A model generated the notes under the pieces. It had not been told where the DNA came from, did not search any database, and was given only the letters and a program-made list of their open reading frames with translations. DNA of 64,000 nt from Anaeromyxobacter sp. (GTDB taxonomy: Bacteria; Myxococcota; Myxococcia; Myxococcales; Anaeromyxobacteraceae): positions 32,001 to 96,000 of the forward strand of contig JASGJN010000020.1 in assembly GCA_049840735.1 (NCBI GenBank). The letters run 5' to 3'. The position numbers and the translations under genes were made by a program. Below, piece after piece: positions 41,301-55,851 of the stretch. The first letter of the stretch is position 1. The number at the start of each line of letters is the position of its first letter.

Positions 41301-43387
41301 CGCGCGCGGGGACTGGGCCGCCGTGCGCGCCACCTTCCAGGCGGAGGGGCGCGGGCTGGAGGACCCGGTGGAGGCCGCCACCGCGTACCGCGAGGCGGGC
41401 GCCGTGGCCGAGGCCCACCTGGACGACCCGACCGCCGCCGCCGAGGACTACCGCCACGCGCTGGAGCGCGACCCGGCCGAGCCGGTGGCGCTGGCGCGGC
41501 TGGAGGCCTTGCTGGGCGACTCGGGCGGCGCCGAGCTGGCCGAGGTGCACGCCGCCCGCGCCGGCGCCGAGACCGACCCGGGCCGCGCCGCCGAGGCCTG
41601 GCTGGCGGCGGCCCGCGCCCGGCTGGACGCGGGCGCCGCCGAGCAGGCGGTGGCGGACCTGGACCGCGCGCTGGAGCTGGTGCCCGACCTCTCGGCGGCG
41701 CTGGAGCTGCGGGCGCGCATCCGCGGCGAGGCCGGCCAGCCGGGCGACGCGCTGGCCGACCTGGAGCGCTGCCTGGCCATGGGCGGCGACGCCACCACCC
41801 GCGTGCCGCTGCACCTGGCGGCGGCGCAGCTGCTGCAGGACCGGATGGGCGACGCCGAGGGGGCGGTCCGTCACCTCGAGGCCGCCCTGGCGCTCGCGCC
41901 GGAGAGCCCCGAGGGGCTGACGCGCCTGGCCGGCCTGCGGCGCGAGGCCGGCGATCAGGCCGGCGCCGCCGCGGCGCTGCGCACGCTGACCGCCCTCCCC
42001 GGCCTGACCCGCGACGAGGCCGTGCAGCACGGGCTCGCGCTGGCCGACGTGGAGGCGGCGCTGGGCGACGACCGCGCCGCGCTGGCGGCCTGCCGCAAGG
42101 CGCTGGAGCGGGACGCCAGCCACGCGCCGGCCCTGGCCCTGCTCGCCGACCTGGAGCGCCGCTCCGGCACCGCCGCCGGGCTGGCCGCGGCGCTGGAGTC
42201 CTTGGCCTCGGCCTCGCGCGACGCCGGGGTCCGCGCCTCCGCGCACCTCGAGGCGGCCCGCCTCCACGGCGGGCCCCTCCGCTCCCGCCCGGCCGCGATC
42301 GATCACCTGCTGCTCTGCCTGGAGCTCGACCCGCAGCGCGACGAGGCCCGGGCCTACCTGGCCGAGCTGCAGGAGGAGACCGCCCCCGGCAAGGCGCTGG
42401 AGCAGCATCGCATCCTGCTGGCGCGCGATCCGCTCCGGGTGGACAGCTGGACCGCCCTGTTCCGGATCCTGGAGCGGACCCGCGTCCACGACGGCGCCTT
42501 CGTGGCGGCCTCCGTCCTCCGCTGGCTGGGCATCCCGCCGCCCGGGCCGGGCGCCGAGAGCCTGCTGCTGGAGGGCGACCGCCAGGCGCTGGCCTCTCCG
42601 CCGCCCATCGGCGCCGCCGACTGGGAGCTCTTGCGCGCCGCCGGCGACCGCGGCCCGCTGGCCGAGCTGGTGGCGGCCTCCGGGGACGTGCTGGCCTCGG
42701 TGCTGGTCGATCCGCGCGAGACGCGCGGCGCGCCGGTCCGGGGCGATCACCCCTTCCGCAAGGTGCTGGCCGAGCTGGCCCGCTGCCTGGGCGCGCCCGA
42801 GCACGAGCTCTACGCCGCGCCGCTGGGGCGGCTCACCGTCGAGCCCGGCGATCCGGCCGCGGTGCGCGTCGGGGCCGACCTGGCCCACCGCTCCACGCTG
42901 CGCGAGCAGCGCTTCCTGCTGGGCCGCGCCGCCGCCCGGCTGCGCACCCGCAGCGCGCTGGCCGAGGCCTTCCCGGAGGGCTGGAGCGCCGCGCTGGCCG
43001 CCGCCGTGCAGCAGGTCGCGCCCGGCTACGGCGGCCTGGGGCGCCCGGACGAGGAGCTGGTGCGGCGGGTGGCCAAGGCGCTGCCGCGCAAGGTCCGCAA
43101 GGCCATCGAGGAGCCGGCCCGCGCCCTGGCGGCGCGCACCGCGCCCGACCTGGCCGGCTGGCGCGCCTCCGCCGCCGCCACCGCCGACCGCGCCGGGCTG
43201 GTGCTGTGCGGCGACGTGGGGACCGCGCTGGATTCTGATCCTGCGCGAGGGCGCCACCCGCGGCCACCCCACCGGCGAGCGGCTCACCGCGGTGCGCAGC
43301 CGGCCCGAGGCGCTGGCGCTGCTGGCCTTCGCCGCCACCGAGGCCCACCTGGCGCTGCGCCAGCGGGTGCGGGTGGCCATCGCCTGA
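38398..43387 (+). CDS. Large TPR-repeat protein (~1660 aa, myxobacterial type; frameshift at 43233)
   Basis: Repeated helical units (A..AY..AL..DP....A..ALERL, ERLGD...A). C-terminal ADRAGLVLCGD motif. GGAG SD before ATG 38398. Confidence 0.88.
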
Positions 43388-43396
43388 CCTGCGACG

Positions 43397-44146
43397 CTAC
43401 GGCCCCTCCACCCGCAGCACGGTCGCGGCCGGCAGCGCCGCCAGCAGGGCCGCCAGCGCTGCCTGCACCGCAACCAGGTCGCGCGCCTCGACGGTCACCT
43501 TCACGCGGTGGTCGGCCTCGCGGTCGAAGCGCGGGTAGCTGCCGATCTCCACCGCCGGGTGGGCGGCCACCACCGCGTCCAGCGCGGGCGCGATGGCCTC
43601 CTCGCCGGCCGAGAGGTAGACGTTGGCCAGGCGGAAGGGCTCGCCCTGCAGCAGCGCGGCCACCTGGTCGAGCTGGTAGCGGAAGAAGCGCGGCGGCCCG
43701 GGCAGCATGACCACGTTCTCCACCGCCAGCGTGGGGAACTCCGGATCGCCCAGCAGGCGCACGCCCTCGGGCAGGTCCGCCATGCGGAGCGCGGCCTCGG
43801 GGGCCTCGGCGCCGCCGTGGTACCTGCGGTGCATCACCCGGATCACCTCGGCCATCGCGGCCGAGCGGAGCAGCGGGCGGCCGACCGCGGCGGCCACCGC
43901 GCGGGCGGTGATGTCGTCGTGGGTGGGGCCGATCCCGCCGGAGGTGAAGACCCAGGCGGCCCGCCGGCGCTCGGCGGCCACCGCCTCGACCACCTCGTCC
44001 ACCCGGTCGCGCACCACGCGGATGGCCAGCAGCTCAACCCCCAGCTCGCGCAGCCGGCGCGCCGCCCAGGGGCCGTTCTCGTCCTGCACCTTGGCCGAGA
44101 GGACCTCGTTCCCGACGACCACCAGCGCGGCGGTGACGGCGGCCAT
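43397..44146 (-). CDS. CinA-like / MoCF-biosynthesis-domain protein
   Basis: GNEVLSAKVQDEN, TSGGIGPTHDDIT, LPGPP, IGSYP. Confidence 0.88.
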   Translation of the reverse strand: MAAVTAALVVVGNEVLSAKVQDENGPWAARRLRELGVELLAIRVVRDRVDEVVEAVAAERRRAAWVFTSGGIGPTHDDITARAVAAAVGRPLLRSAAMAEVIRVMHRRYHGGAEAPEAALRMADLPEGVRLLGDPEFPTLAVENVVMLPGPPRFFRYQLDQVAALLQGEPFRLANVYLSAGEEAIAPALDAVVAAHPAVEIGSYPRFDREADHRVKVTVEARDLVAVQAALAALLAALPAATVLRVEGP

Positions 44147-44805
44147 CAGCGCGCCCTCGCCGCCCCGGCCGCCTTGGCCACCTCGGCCAGGATCGCCGCC
44201 GTGACGGCCTCCACCGGCGCCTCGCCGTCCAGCTCCACGATCCGCTGGCCGGCCTCGCGCAGCTGGCCGATGCACCGGTCGTAGCTCCGCGCCACCTTCC
44301 GCTGGAAGGCCTCGACCTCGTAGATCTCGCGGTCGATGGAGGCGGCGTGGCGGCGGCGGACCGCCACCGCGGGGCGCACCCGCAGGAACAGCGTCAGGTC
44401 AGGCACGGCGGCGCGGCCGTTGATGGCCTCCACCCACGGGCGATCGCCGGTGGTGAGCCCCTGGTAGGCCAGCGAGGAGAGCGTGAAGCGATCGGAGATC
44501 ACGTCCACGCCGTCCGCCAGCTTGGGGGCGATCTCCGCCGCGACGTGATCGAGCCGGTCGGCGGCGAAGAGCAGCGCCAGCGCCTCGGCGTCGAAGGCGC
44601 CGCCCGGCGCGATGACCCGGCGGGTGAGCACCTGGCGGATCAGCGCGCCCACCGGCCCGCCGGACGGCTCGGCGGTGACGTGGACCTTGCGGCCCGCCGC
44701 CTTGAGCGCGTCGCCCAGCAGCCGCGCCTGCGTGGTGGTGCCGGCACCGTCCAGCCCCTCCAGCACGAGGAACCGGCCGCGGCCCGCCCGGGCGCGCCGG
44801 GTCAC
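44146..44805 (-). CDS. tmk: Thymidylate kinase
   Basis: LEGLDGAGTTTQ, EPS, ALLFAADR, DRFTLSSLAYQG, PDLT, EIYE. Confidence 0.92.
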   Translation of the reverse strand: MTRRARAGRGRFLVLEGLDGAGTTTQARLLGDALKAAGRKVHVTAEPSGGPVGALIRQVLTRRVIAPGGAFDAEALALLFAADRLDHVAAEIAPKLADGVDVISDRFTLSSLAYQGLTTGDRPWVEAINGRAAVPDLTLFLRVRPAVAVRRRHAASIDREIYEVEAFQRKVARSYDRCIGQLREAGQRIVELDGEAPVEAVTAAILAEVAKAAGAARAR

Positions 44806-45173
44806 CCGTCGATCCCCAGCTCGCGCCGCAGCGCCTTGAGCCGCTCGAACTGCCCGTCCTCCTCGAGCTGCAGCCGCTTCTGGGCGCGCAGCGCGCGGAT
44901 GGCGACGACCAGCAGCACCAGCGTGACCGCCGTGGCGACGTAGAGGAAGAACGGCCCGCCGGGTGGGATCACCTTCACCTCGCCTGCCTTGGGCGGGCCC
45001 CAGCGATCCCAGGCCAGCGCGATGCAGGTGCCCACGCCGAGCAGCCCGAGGAAGAGCAGGACCAGCCCCCTGCGCGCGGCGTCCACCGAGGCCCGGGCGC
45101 CGAGGCGGGCGGCCAGGGCGTCGTGCTCGGCGCGGAGGGAGGCGGGATCGGACGGGTGTGGAGCGTCGCTCAT
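44802..45173 (-). CDS. Hypothetical membrane protein (2 TM)
   Basis: Two hydrophobic segments; stop overlaps the tmk start. Confidence 0.7.
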   Translation of the reverse strand: MSDAPHPSDPASLRAEHDALAARLGARASVDAARRGLVLLFLGLLGVGTCIALAWDRWGPPKAGEVKVIPPGGPFFLYVATAVTLVLLVVAIRALRAQKRLQLEEDGQFERLKALRRELGIDG

Positions 45174-45183
45174 GTGCCGCGTT

Positions 45184-46542
45184 CTACCCCCGCCCGAAAC
45201 GGGCGGCAATCGCGTCATGGACCGCGCCCACAGTGGCGGGCAGGGAGACGGCCGGGTTGCGGAGCGGCGAGGCCAGGCCGGGCAGCGTGCCCTCGTGGTA
45301 GCCCACCTTGAAGTCGGAGAACTTGAGCCCGTGGGCGGTGGAGATGACCACCACCTGCTGATCCCGGGTGATCTCGCCGCGGGCGGCCAGCTTCTCCAGC
45401 GCCGCCAGCGCCACGCCGGTGTGGGGGCAGGTGAACATGCCGGCCCGGTCGGCCCGGGCGGCCGCGTCGGCCAGCTCCTGCTCGGAGGCCTGCTCCACCA
45501 CCCCGTCCAGCGCCTCCAGCGCGCGGAGCGCGCGGCGGGCCGAGACCGGCGCGCCGATCTGGATGGCCGAGGCCAGGGTCTTCTTCGCGGTCACCGGGGC
45601 CACCTTCACCTCGGCGGTGGGCTTCACGCCGGCGCCGGCGGTCGCGCGCCAGAGCGGGTTGGCGTGCTCGGCCTGGGCCACCAGCAGCCGCGGCAGCCGG
45701 TCGATGAGCCCCAGCTCCTTCATGAGCAGGAAGCCCTTTCCCACCGCGCTGGCGTTGCCCAGGTTGCCGCCGGGGATGACGATCCAGTCCGGCGCCTTCC
45801 AGCCCAGCTGCTGCACGATCTCGATGGAGGCGGTCTTCTGCCCCTCGATGCGCAGCGAGTTCATGGAGTTGGCCAGGTAGATGTCCGGGGTGTGCGACAG
45901 CTCCTTCACCACCGCCATGCAGCCGTCGAAGTCGGTGTCGAGCTGGAGCACCAGCGCGCCGTTGGCGATGGGCTGGACCAGCTGCGCGGTGGAGATCTTC
46001 CCGCGCGGGAGCAGCACCACGCTGGGGATGCCGGCCGCCGCGCAGTAGGCGGAGAGGGCCGCCGAGGTGTCGCCGGTGGAGGCGCAGGCCACCGCGCGCA
46101 CCTGCCCGCCGCGGGCCCGCATCTCCTTCACCGCCGAGACCAGCACCGTCATGCCCAGGTCCTTGAAGGACCCGGTGTGCGTGACGCCGCACTCCTTGAG
46201 CCAGACCTGGCCGAGGCCGAGCTCGCGGGCGTAGCGGTCGATGCGCAGGAGCGGGCTCGTCCCCTCCGCCATCGAGACCACGTTCTCGTCGGCGAGCTGC
46301 GGGTAGACCCACTCCTTCTTGCCCCACACGCCCGAGCCGTAGGGCCAGGGGCCGGCGCGGAAGCGCCCCTCGAAGAGCGCCTTCCACTCGGCGGCGGAGC
46401 GGCGGGCCAGCGCGGCGCGGTCGTGCTCGACCTCGAGCAGGCCGCCGCAGCGCGGGCACTGGTAGACGACCTCGGTCAGGGCGGCGGTGAAGTCGCAGCC
46501 CTCGGCGCAGCGGAACCAGGCGGAGAAGGCGGGAGCGCTCAA
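45184..46542 (-). CDS. thrC: Threonine synthase
   Basis: N-terminal Zn ribbon, PLP motif [38 protein letters not shown]. Confidence 0.95.
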   Translation of the reverse strand: MSAPAFSAWFRCAEGCDFTAALTEVVYQCPRCGGLLEVEHDRAALARRSAAEWKALFEGRFRAGPWPYGSGVWGKKEWVYPQLADENVVSMAEGTSPLLRIDRYARELGLGQVWLKECGVTHTGSFKDLGMTVLVSAVKEMRARGGQVRAVACASTGDTSAALSAYCAAAGIPSVVLLPRGKISTAQLVQPIANGALVLQLDTDFDGCMAVVKELSHTPDIYLANSMNSLRIEGQKTASIEIVQQLGWKAPDWIVIPGGNLGNASAVGKGFLLMKELGLIDRLPRLLVAQAEHANPLWRATAGAGVKPTAEVKVAPVTAKKTLASAIQIGAPVSARRALRALEALDGVVEQASEQELADAAARADRAGMFTCPHTGVALAALEKLAARGEITRDQQVVVISTAHGLKFSDFKVGYHEGTLPGLASPLRNPAVSLPATVGAVHDAIAARFGRG

Positions 46543-47741
46543 CGGACCGGCCCCTTCTTCAGCATCGCCGCCAGCCGCTCGGCGGCCTGGGCCAGCCGGG
46601 CCTCGTCCTCGATCAGCGCGATGCGCACGTAGCCGTCGCCGGCGCGGCCGAAGCCGACGCCGGGGGCCACCGCCACCCCGGCCTCGTCGATGAGCCGCTT
46701 GGCGAACTCCAGCGATCCGAGCGAGCGGTAGGCCTCGGGGATGGGCGCCCAGGCGAACATCGAGGCGGCCGGCACGGGGATCTTCCAGCCGGCCTCGCCG
46801 AAGAGCCTCACCAGCGCGTCGCGCCGGCGCTGGTACATGTCACGCAGCGGCGCCAGCGTGTCGTCGCAGTCGTCCAGCGCCGTGATGGCCGCCTGCTGCA
46901 CCGCGCCGAACAGGCCGTAGTCCAGGTAGCTCTTCACCCGCGCCGCCGCCGCCACCAGCGCCGCGTTGCCGGCGCCGAAGCCCACGCGCCAGCCGGGCAT
47001 GTTGTAGCTCTTGGAGAGCGACATGAACTCCAGCGTGCGGTCCTTGGCGCCCGGCACGGCCAGCATCGACGGGGCCCTGCCGCCGTCGAAGACCAGGTCG
47101 GAGTAGGCCAGGTCGGAGATGATGAACAGGTCGCGCGCCTCGGCGAAGCGGACGATCTTCTCGAACAGCTGCGGCGTGGCCACCGCGGCGGTCGGGTTGG
47201 CCGGGAAGTTGACCACCAGCCCCTTGGGCCGGCGCTCGGACTTCTCGGCCGCCTCCATCAGCGACTCGAAGAAGTCCACGCCGGGGCCGACCGGCACCGG
47301 GATGGTCTCGGCGCCGGCGATGACCGCGCCGAAGGCGTGGATCGGGTAGGTGGGCGTGGGGGCCAGCACCGCGTCGCCCTCGGTGAGCAGGCCCACCAGC
47401 GCGTGGCCGATGCCCTCCTTGGAGCCGATGGTGACCAGCACCTCGCGGTCGGCGTCCACCTCGACGTCGAACCGGCGCTTCCACCAGCGCGAGACCGCCC
47501 CCCGCAGCTCGGGCAGGCCGCGCGGGTTGAGGTAGCGGTGCATCTTCGGGTCGCGGGCGGCCTCGGCCAGCCGGGCCACGATGCGGGCCGGGGTGGGCTG
47601 GTCCGGGTTGCCCATCGAGAGGTCCACCACGTCCACGCCGCGGGCCACGGCCTGGTCGCGGAGGCGGTCGGTGATGGTGAAGACGTAGAGCGGGAGCCGG
47701 CGGACCCGCGCGAAGGTCTCGGGATCGGTGAAGGTCTTCAT
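46539..47741 (-). CDS. PLP-dependent class I/II aminotransferase (AlaC/LL-DAP-AT-like)
   Basis: [35 protein letters not shown]. Confidence 0.92.
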   Translation of the reverse strand: MKTFTDPETFARVRRLPLYVFTITDRLRDQAVARGVDVVDLSMGNPDQPTPARIVARLAEAARDPKMHRYLNPRGLPELRGAVSRWWKRRFDVEVDADREVLVTIGSKEGIGHALVGLLTEGDAVLAPTPTYPIHAFGAVIAGAETIPVPVGPGVDFFESLMEAAEKSERRPKGLVVNFPANPTAAVATPQLFEKIVRFAEARDLFIISDLAYSDLVFDGGRAPSMLAVPGAKDRTLEFMSLSKSYNMPGWRVGFGAGNAALVAAAARVKSYLDYGLFGAVQQAAITALDDCDDTLAPLRDMYQRRRDALVRLFGEAGWKIPVPAASMFAWAPIPEAYRSLGSLEFAKRLIDEAGVAVAPGVGFGRAGDGYVRIALIEDEARLAQAAERLAAMLKKGPVR

Positions 47742-47819
47742 GTGGGACCGGCCAATTTGCCGGGTGCCGCGGCGCTTGGCAAGCGGGGACTGAGGCAGTA
47801 CCGACCCGGACCCGCGGCG

Positions 47820-48341
47820 TCAGCGCCGGGCGCCGCAGGCGGGGCAGACCTGGCCCCGGACCCGCGCGCCGCAGCCGCACACCCGCCCCTCCTCGGCGGC
47901 CGGGACGGCGGGCGCGACCGCGAAGACCGGGAGCCGCATCCCGCACCGGGAGCAGATGCGCTCGTCCGGCCCGGCGGGCGTGCGGCAGTAGCGGCAGACA
48001 GGCAGCGGCGGCAGCAGGACGCCCTCGTCCGCCGGCAGCCCGTCGGAGATCCGCTCCAGGTCCGGGACCACGTCCAGGGGCACCGCGGCCACCGGCGCGG
48101 CGCGCGTCGCCTCGATGTCCGGCGTCACCTCCGGCGCGACCTGCGCGGCGGCGAAGCGGGTGGCCTCCAAATCCGGCGTCTGCTCTGCGGCCGGGTGGAC
48201 GGGCGCATGGCCAGTCGCCTCCAGCCCCTCCACCGGCGCCACCGGTACGGGCACCGCCACGCCGGCCGGGAAGCGCCGGCCGCAGACCTCGCACTCGTCG
48301 CCCTGGGCCTGGGTGTGCTCGCACAGCGGACAGACGATCAT
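47820..48341 (-). CDS. Zinc-ribbon hypothetical protein
   Basis: Three Cys-pair clusters (CPLC/CEVC; CRYC/CSRC; CGC/CPAC) flanking internal (D/G)(L/I)E(A/R)T repeats. Confidence 0.75.
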   Translation of the reverse strand: MIVCPLCEHTQAQGDECEVCGRRFPAGVAVPVPVAPVEGLEATGHAPVHPAAEQTPDLEATRFAAAQVAPEVTPDIEATRAAPVAAVPLDVVPDLERISDGLPADEGVLLPPLPVCRYCRTPAGPDERICSRCGMRLPVFAVAPAVPAAEEGRVCGCGARVRGQVCPACGARR

Positions 48342-48369
48342 GCCGGCAGTCTACCGCAGCCCGGGCGGC

Positions 48370-49044
48370 TCACCACCGGCCGTCCGCGTCGCCGTCCGCC
48401 GCCAGCCCGGTGGGCCCGCCCTCGTCGCTGTGGTGAACCAGGGGCACGAAGCGCACCGGCAAGAGGTCGGTCTCGACGGTCTCCCCCTGGCCGCGCCGCT
48501 CCACCAGGTGCAGCACCTGGTCGCCACCCGGGTCACCCAGCGGCAGGAGCAGCCGGCCGCCGGGTGCCAGCTGGGCCCGCAGCGCCGCCGGGACCTCGGG
48601 GGTGGCGGCCGTGACGATGATCCGGTCGAAGGGGGCCGCCTCCGGCCAGCCCTGCGCGCCGTCCCCCACCCGCAGGCGGAGGTTCGCCAGCCCCAGGCGC
48701 TCCTGCAGCACCGCCGCCGCGCGGTGGGCCAGCTCCGGGATGAGCTCGATGGAGAAGACCTCGCGGGCCAGCAGCGCCAGGACGGCCGCCTGGTAGCCGG
48801 AGCCGGTGCCCACCTCCAGCACCTGCTCCTGGCCGGCCAGCGCCAGCTGCTCGGTCATGTAGGCCACCACGAACGGCTGCGAGATGGTCTGGCCGGCGCC
48901 GATGGGGAGCGGGCGGTCGCGCTCGGCCTCCTCCACCGCCTCCGGCGGCACGAAGGCGGCCCGCGGGACCCGGGCGATGGCGGCCAGCACGGCGGGATCG
49001 CGGATGCCCGCCGTCCGCAGCAGCCGGGCCAGCCCCTCGCTCAT
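48370..49044 (-). CDS. pcm: Protein-L-isoaspartate O-methyltransferase
   Basis: IGAGQTISQP, VLEVGTGSGYQAA, GDGAQGWPEAAPFDRI, VRFVPL. Confidence 0.95.
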   Translation of the reverse strand: MSEGLARLLRTAGIRDPAVLAAIARVPRAAFVPPEAVEEAERDRPLPIGAGQTISQPFVVAYMTEQLALAGQEQVLEVGTGSGYQAAVLALLAREVFSIELIPELAHRAAAVLQERLGLANLRLRVGDGAQGWPEAAPFDRIIVTAATPEVPAALRAQLAPGGRLLLPLGDPGGDQVLHLVERRGQGETVETDLLPVRFVPLVHHSDEGGPTGLAADGDADGRW

Positions 49045-49111
49045 GGATCACAGTGTAGCGCGCCGGCCCTGCGGCGCCCCCGCCGTCCGAGGGGCCCGAC
49101 GCTCCGGGGGC

Positions 49112-51942
49112 TCAGCCCACCTGCGCCAGCGAGAGCCGCTCGGCCCATCGTTCGTGCAGCGCCTCGCGGGCCGCGGCGTGCTCGGCCTGGGCCAGCGCCG
49201 GGTCTGCCTCCACCAGCGCGAAGGCCTCCTCCCGCGCCTCCTCCAGGATGGCCTCGTCGCGGTAGAGGTCGGCCACGTCGAGCAGCTTCTGGCCGGACTG
49301 GCGCGTCCCCAGCAGCTCCCCGGGGCCGCGGATGGAGAGGTCCACCCGCGCCAGCTCGAAGCCGTCCTGCGTCTTCACCATGGCCTGCAGCCGCTCCCGG
49401 GCCTCGTCGCCGGCGCGCCGGAAGTGGGCGAGGAGCAGGCAGTGGCTCTGGGCGGCCCCGCGCCCCACCCGGCCGCGCAGCTGGTGCAGCTGCGAGAGGC
49501 CGAAGCGCTCGGCGTGCTCGACGATCATCACGCTGGCGTTGGGCACGTCCACGCCCACCTCGATGACCGTGGTGGCCACCAGGACCTTCAGCTCGCCGGC
49601 GCGGAAGCGGCCATCACCGCCTGCTTCTCGTCGGCCTTCATGCGGCCGTGCAGCAGCCCGACGGCGTGGCCCGCGAAGACGCGCGCCAGCTCCTCCGCGC
49701 CGGTGGTGGCGTCGGCCAGGTCGCTCTTCTCCGACTCCTCCACCAGCGGGTAGACCACGTAGACCTGGTGCCCCGCCTCCAGCTCGCGCCGGGCCAGGTC
49801 GTAGGCTCCCTTGCGCTGCGAGTCGCCGAAGAGCCTGGTGGTGACCGGCGTGCGGCCCGGGGGCAGCTCGTCGATCTTGGACTGGTCGAGATCGCCGTAG
49901 AAGGCCAGCGCCAGCGTGCGCGGGATGGGCGTGGCGGTCATGACCAGCACGTCCGGCCGGAGCCCCTTCTCGATCAGCCCGGCCCGCTGCATCACGCCGA
50001 AGCGGTGCTGCTCGTCCACCACCACCAGCCCCAGCTTCTGGAAGTCCACCCCCTCCACCAGCAGCGCGTGGGTGCCCACCGCGATGCGGGCGCGGCCGTC
50101 GGCCACCGCGGCGCGGGCCTCCTTCTGCCCCTTGCCCCGCGCCGAGGCGCCCACCAGCGCCACCTCGACGCCGGTCCCCTCCAGCCAGCGCGCCAGCGTG
50201 CGGGCGTGCTGCTCGGCCAGGATCTCGGTGGGCACCATCAGCGCGGCCTGCCAGCCGCTGTTCACGGCCAGCATCATGGCCGCGAAGGCCACCGCGGTCT
50301 TGCCGCTGCCCACGTCGCCCTGCAGCAGCCGGTTCATGGGCTCGGGCCGCCCCATGTCCTTGGCGATCTCGTCCAGCGTCCGGGCCTGGGCGCGGGTGAG
50401 CTGGAACGGGAGCCGCGCCACCGCCCGGGCGCGGGCCGCGGGCGTGGCCTCGAAGGCGATGCCGGGCGCGCCGCGCACGCCCCGCCGGCGCAGCGCCATG
50501 GCCAGCTGCAGGAAGAACAGCTCCTCGAAGATGAGCCGGCGGAAGCCCGGGGTGGCCCGCTCCGCGGCCGCCAGCAGGGCCGTGCCGGCGTCGGGGAAGT
50601 GGGCCTGGCGCAGCGCGTCGGCGCGCCCCAGCAGCCCGCGACGGGCCCGCAGCGCGGCCGGCAGGTCGTCCACCGCGGCCGGCAGGACCTCGTCCACCAG
50701 CCGCTTCATCAGCTTGCGCAGGGCCGGGTGCTGCGTGTCGGTGGGCCCGGCGTAGACCGGGACGATCCGGCCGAAGTTGGCCGAGTCACCGGCCTGCACC
50801 TTCTCCACCTCGGCGCCCGCCATCTGCCGCCGGGCGCCGAACCCCTCGGTCACCTTGCCAGAGGCGAGCAGCGAGTCCCCCGCGGCGAAGGCCTTGAGCC
50901 GCCAGGGCGGCGGGTTGAAGAAGACCAGCTCCAGCGCCGCGGCCTCGTCCTGGATGACCACCTTGAGGATGGGCCGGCCGTTGCGCATGCGCTGGATGCG
51001 GACGGTGCTCACCCGCCCCAAGACGCTGGCCTCCTCGCCGGTGGTGAGCTGCGAGATGCGCCGGACGCGGCTGCGGTCCTGGTAGGCCTTGGGCCAGAAC
51101 TCCAGCGCCGCCTCGACCGTGTCGCGGCCGCGCTCCTCCAGCTGGGCCCGCGGCGCCGGGTGGGCGCGCGGCAGCTCGGCCAGCTTCATGCGCAGCCGCT
51201 TGCGGCGCGAGGCCCGCTCCTGGGCGGTGCGCGGCTCGGGCAGCGGGTTCCAGGGCGCCTCCGCCACCGGCGGCGTGGGGTCGGGGTCGGGGGGCGGTCC
51301 GCTCTCGTGCTTCGACTCCGCGCGCCGGCCCGGGGCCGGCGCGCTACGCTCAGCACGAACGGACTCAGGCACCAGCGGCTTGCGGGGGGTGAGGGGGCGC
51401 GAGGCTCCGGCCGCGGGCTTCGCTCCTTCCGTCCGCCCTGAGCCTGTCGAAGGGCGAGCGGGTGCCTTTCGTGGTTCGACAGGCTCACCGCGAACGGGCT
51501 TCGCCTCCGTTCGTCCTGAGCGTAGCGAGCCCTCAGGGCTCGCGGAGTCGAAGGACGAAGGCCGAGTCGGCGCCGCTGTCTCCACCCTGCCCGCCCGCGC
51601 CAGCTCGCGCAGCTCCTCCGGCAGCGGGATGAGCGCGCCCAGGTCGCCGGCGATGCGGGCCAGGGCCTGGCGGCGCCCCTGCGGCGGCAGCGCGTCGAAC
51701 CCGGCGGCCTCGGTCTCCAGCCGGCGCAGCGCAGGCGAGTCGGCCGCGCCCAGGCCGCGGGCCCGGGCCACCGCGCCGCGGATGGTCTCGCCGAAGCCGG
51801 CCAGCCGGGCCGCGCCGGCGAAGCCGTCCTTCACGGCAAAGCGGAGCGGCGCCACCAGCGCCTCGAGGGCGCGGGCCGCCGAGAGGCCGGGGACCTCCCC
51901 GCCTGCCTCCCGCTTGTCGCTGGGCTCTCGTCCGCGCTCCAC
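49112..51942 (-). CDS. recG: ATP-dependent DNA helicase RecG (frameshift near 49610; repeat-derived N-terminal insert)
   Basis: QGDVGSGKT, PTEILAEQH, DEQHRFG, MTATPIPR, TTVIEVGVDVPNA, QLRGRVGRG, RGPGE. Confidence 0.95.
51305..51558. repeat. BIME-like cluster of four REP-like elements in alternating orientation within the recG ORF
   Basis: 51305-51362 TCGTGC TTCGACTCCG-hairpin-CTACGCTCA GCACGAACGG; 51429-51457 CCGTCCGCCCTGAGCCTGTCGAAGGGCGA; 51469-51497 TCGTGGTTCGACAGGCTCACCGCGAACGG; 51507-51558 CCGTTCGTCCTGAGCGTAG-hairpin-CGGAGTCGAAGGACGA. Confidence 0.85.
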
Positions 51943-51954
51943 GCGGCCAGGAGG

Positions 51955-52479
51955 TTACGCGCCGGGTCCGACGTCCGGATCCACCTCGGCGGGCAGCTCC
52001 TCCTCCACGAACTCGATGGACTGGATCTCGTACTCCTTCTCGCCGCCCGGGGTGCGCACGGTGACCGTGTCCCCCTCGCTGCGGCCGATCAGGGCGCGGG
52101 CGATGGGGCTGGTGACCGAGATCTTCCCGCGCTTGAGGTCGGCCTCCAGCTCGCCGACGATCCGGTACTTCACCTCGTCGCCCGAGTCGGCGTCGGCCAC
52201 CACCACCGTGGCGCCGAAGACCACGCGCTCACCGGCGTGCTTGCGCACGTCGATGACCTCGGCGCTGGCGATCCAGTGCTCCACCTGCAGGATCCGCCCC
52301 TCGATGTGGCTCTGCTTCTCCTTGGCCGCGTGGTACTCGGCGTTCTCGGAGAGGTCGCCGTGCGCGCGCGCCTCCGCGATCTCCTTCACGATCTTGGGGC
52401 GCTCGATGCTCTTCAGCCGCTTCAGCTCTTCCTTGAGCTTCTGCAGGCCACCCGGAGTCATGGGGACGCGGTCGGACAT
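51955..52479 (-). CDS. greA: Transcription elongation factor GreA
   Basis: ARAHGDLSENAEYHAAK, VFGATV, ISVTSPIARALIG. Confidence 0.97.
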   Translation of the reverse strand: MSDRVPMTPGGLQKLKEELKRLKSIERPKIVKEIAEARAHGDLSENAEYHAAKEKQSHIEGRILQVEHWIASAEVIDVRKHAGERVVFGATVVVADADSGDEVKYRIVGELEADLKRGKISVTSPIARALIGRSEGDTVTVRTPGGEKEYEIQSIEFVEEELPAEVDPDVGPGA

Positions 52480-52493
52480 CGGTGCACCTTCCC

Positions 52494-52533
52494 AAAAAAT
52501 GAGGGCGGCCGGCCCGGGAGGCCCGGGCGGCCG
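52494..52533 (-). terminator. Terminator-like GC hairpin with U6 tract in the carB-greA spacer
   Basis: Minus strand GCGGCCGCCCGGG-cct-CCCGGGcCGGCCGC-cctca-TTTTTT, just upstream of the greA SD. Confidence 0.45.
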
Positions 52534-52614
52534 CTTCTGGAACCATAGCTAGAGCCGTGGCGGGGCCGAAGTCAACCAGAACAGGCGGTCGGCCGGGGCC
52601 CCGCCCCGCCGGTA

Positions 52615-55851
<3,237 letters not shown>

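Noticed and set aside
36100..43473. 2457-aa minus-strand ORF
   Set aside because: Antisense shadow of the TPR gene and its neighbours.
51305..51558. Repeat cluster as a CRISPR array
   Set aside because: Copies alternate in orientation and vary in length, spacers are irregular, and no cas genes are present.
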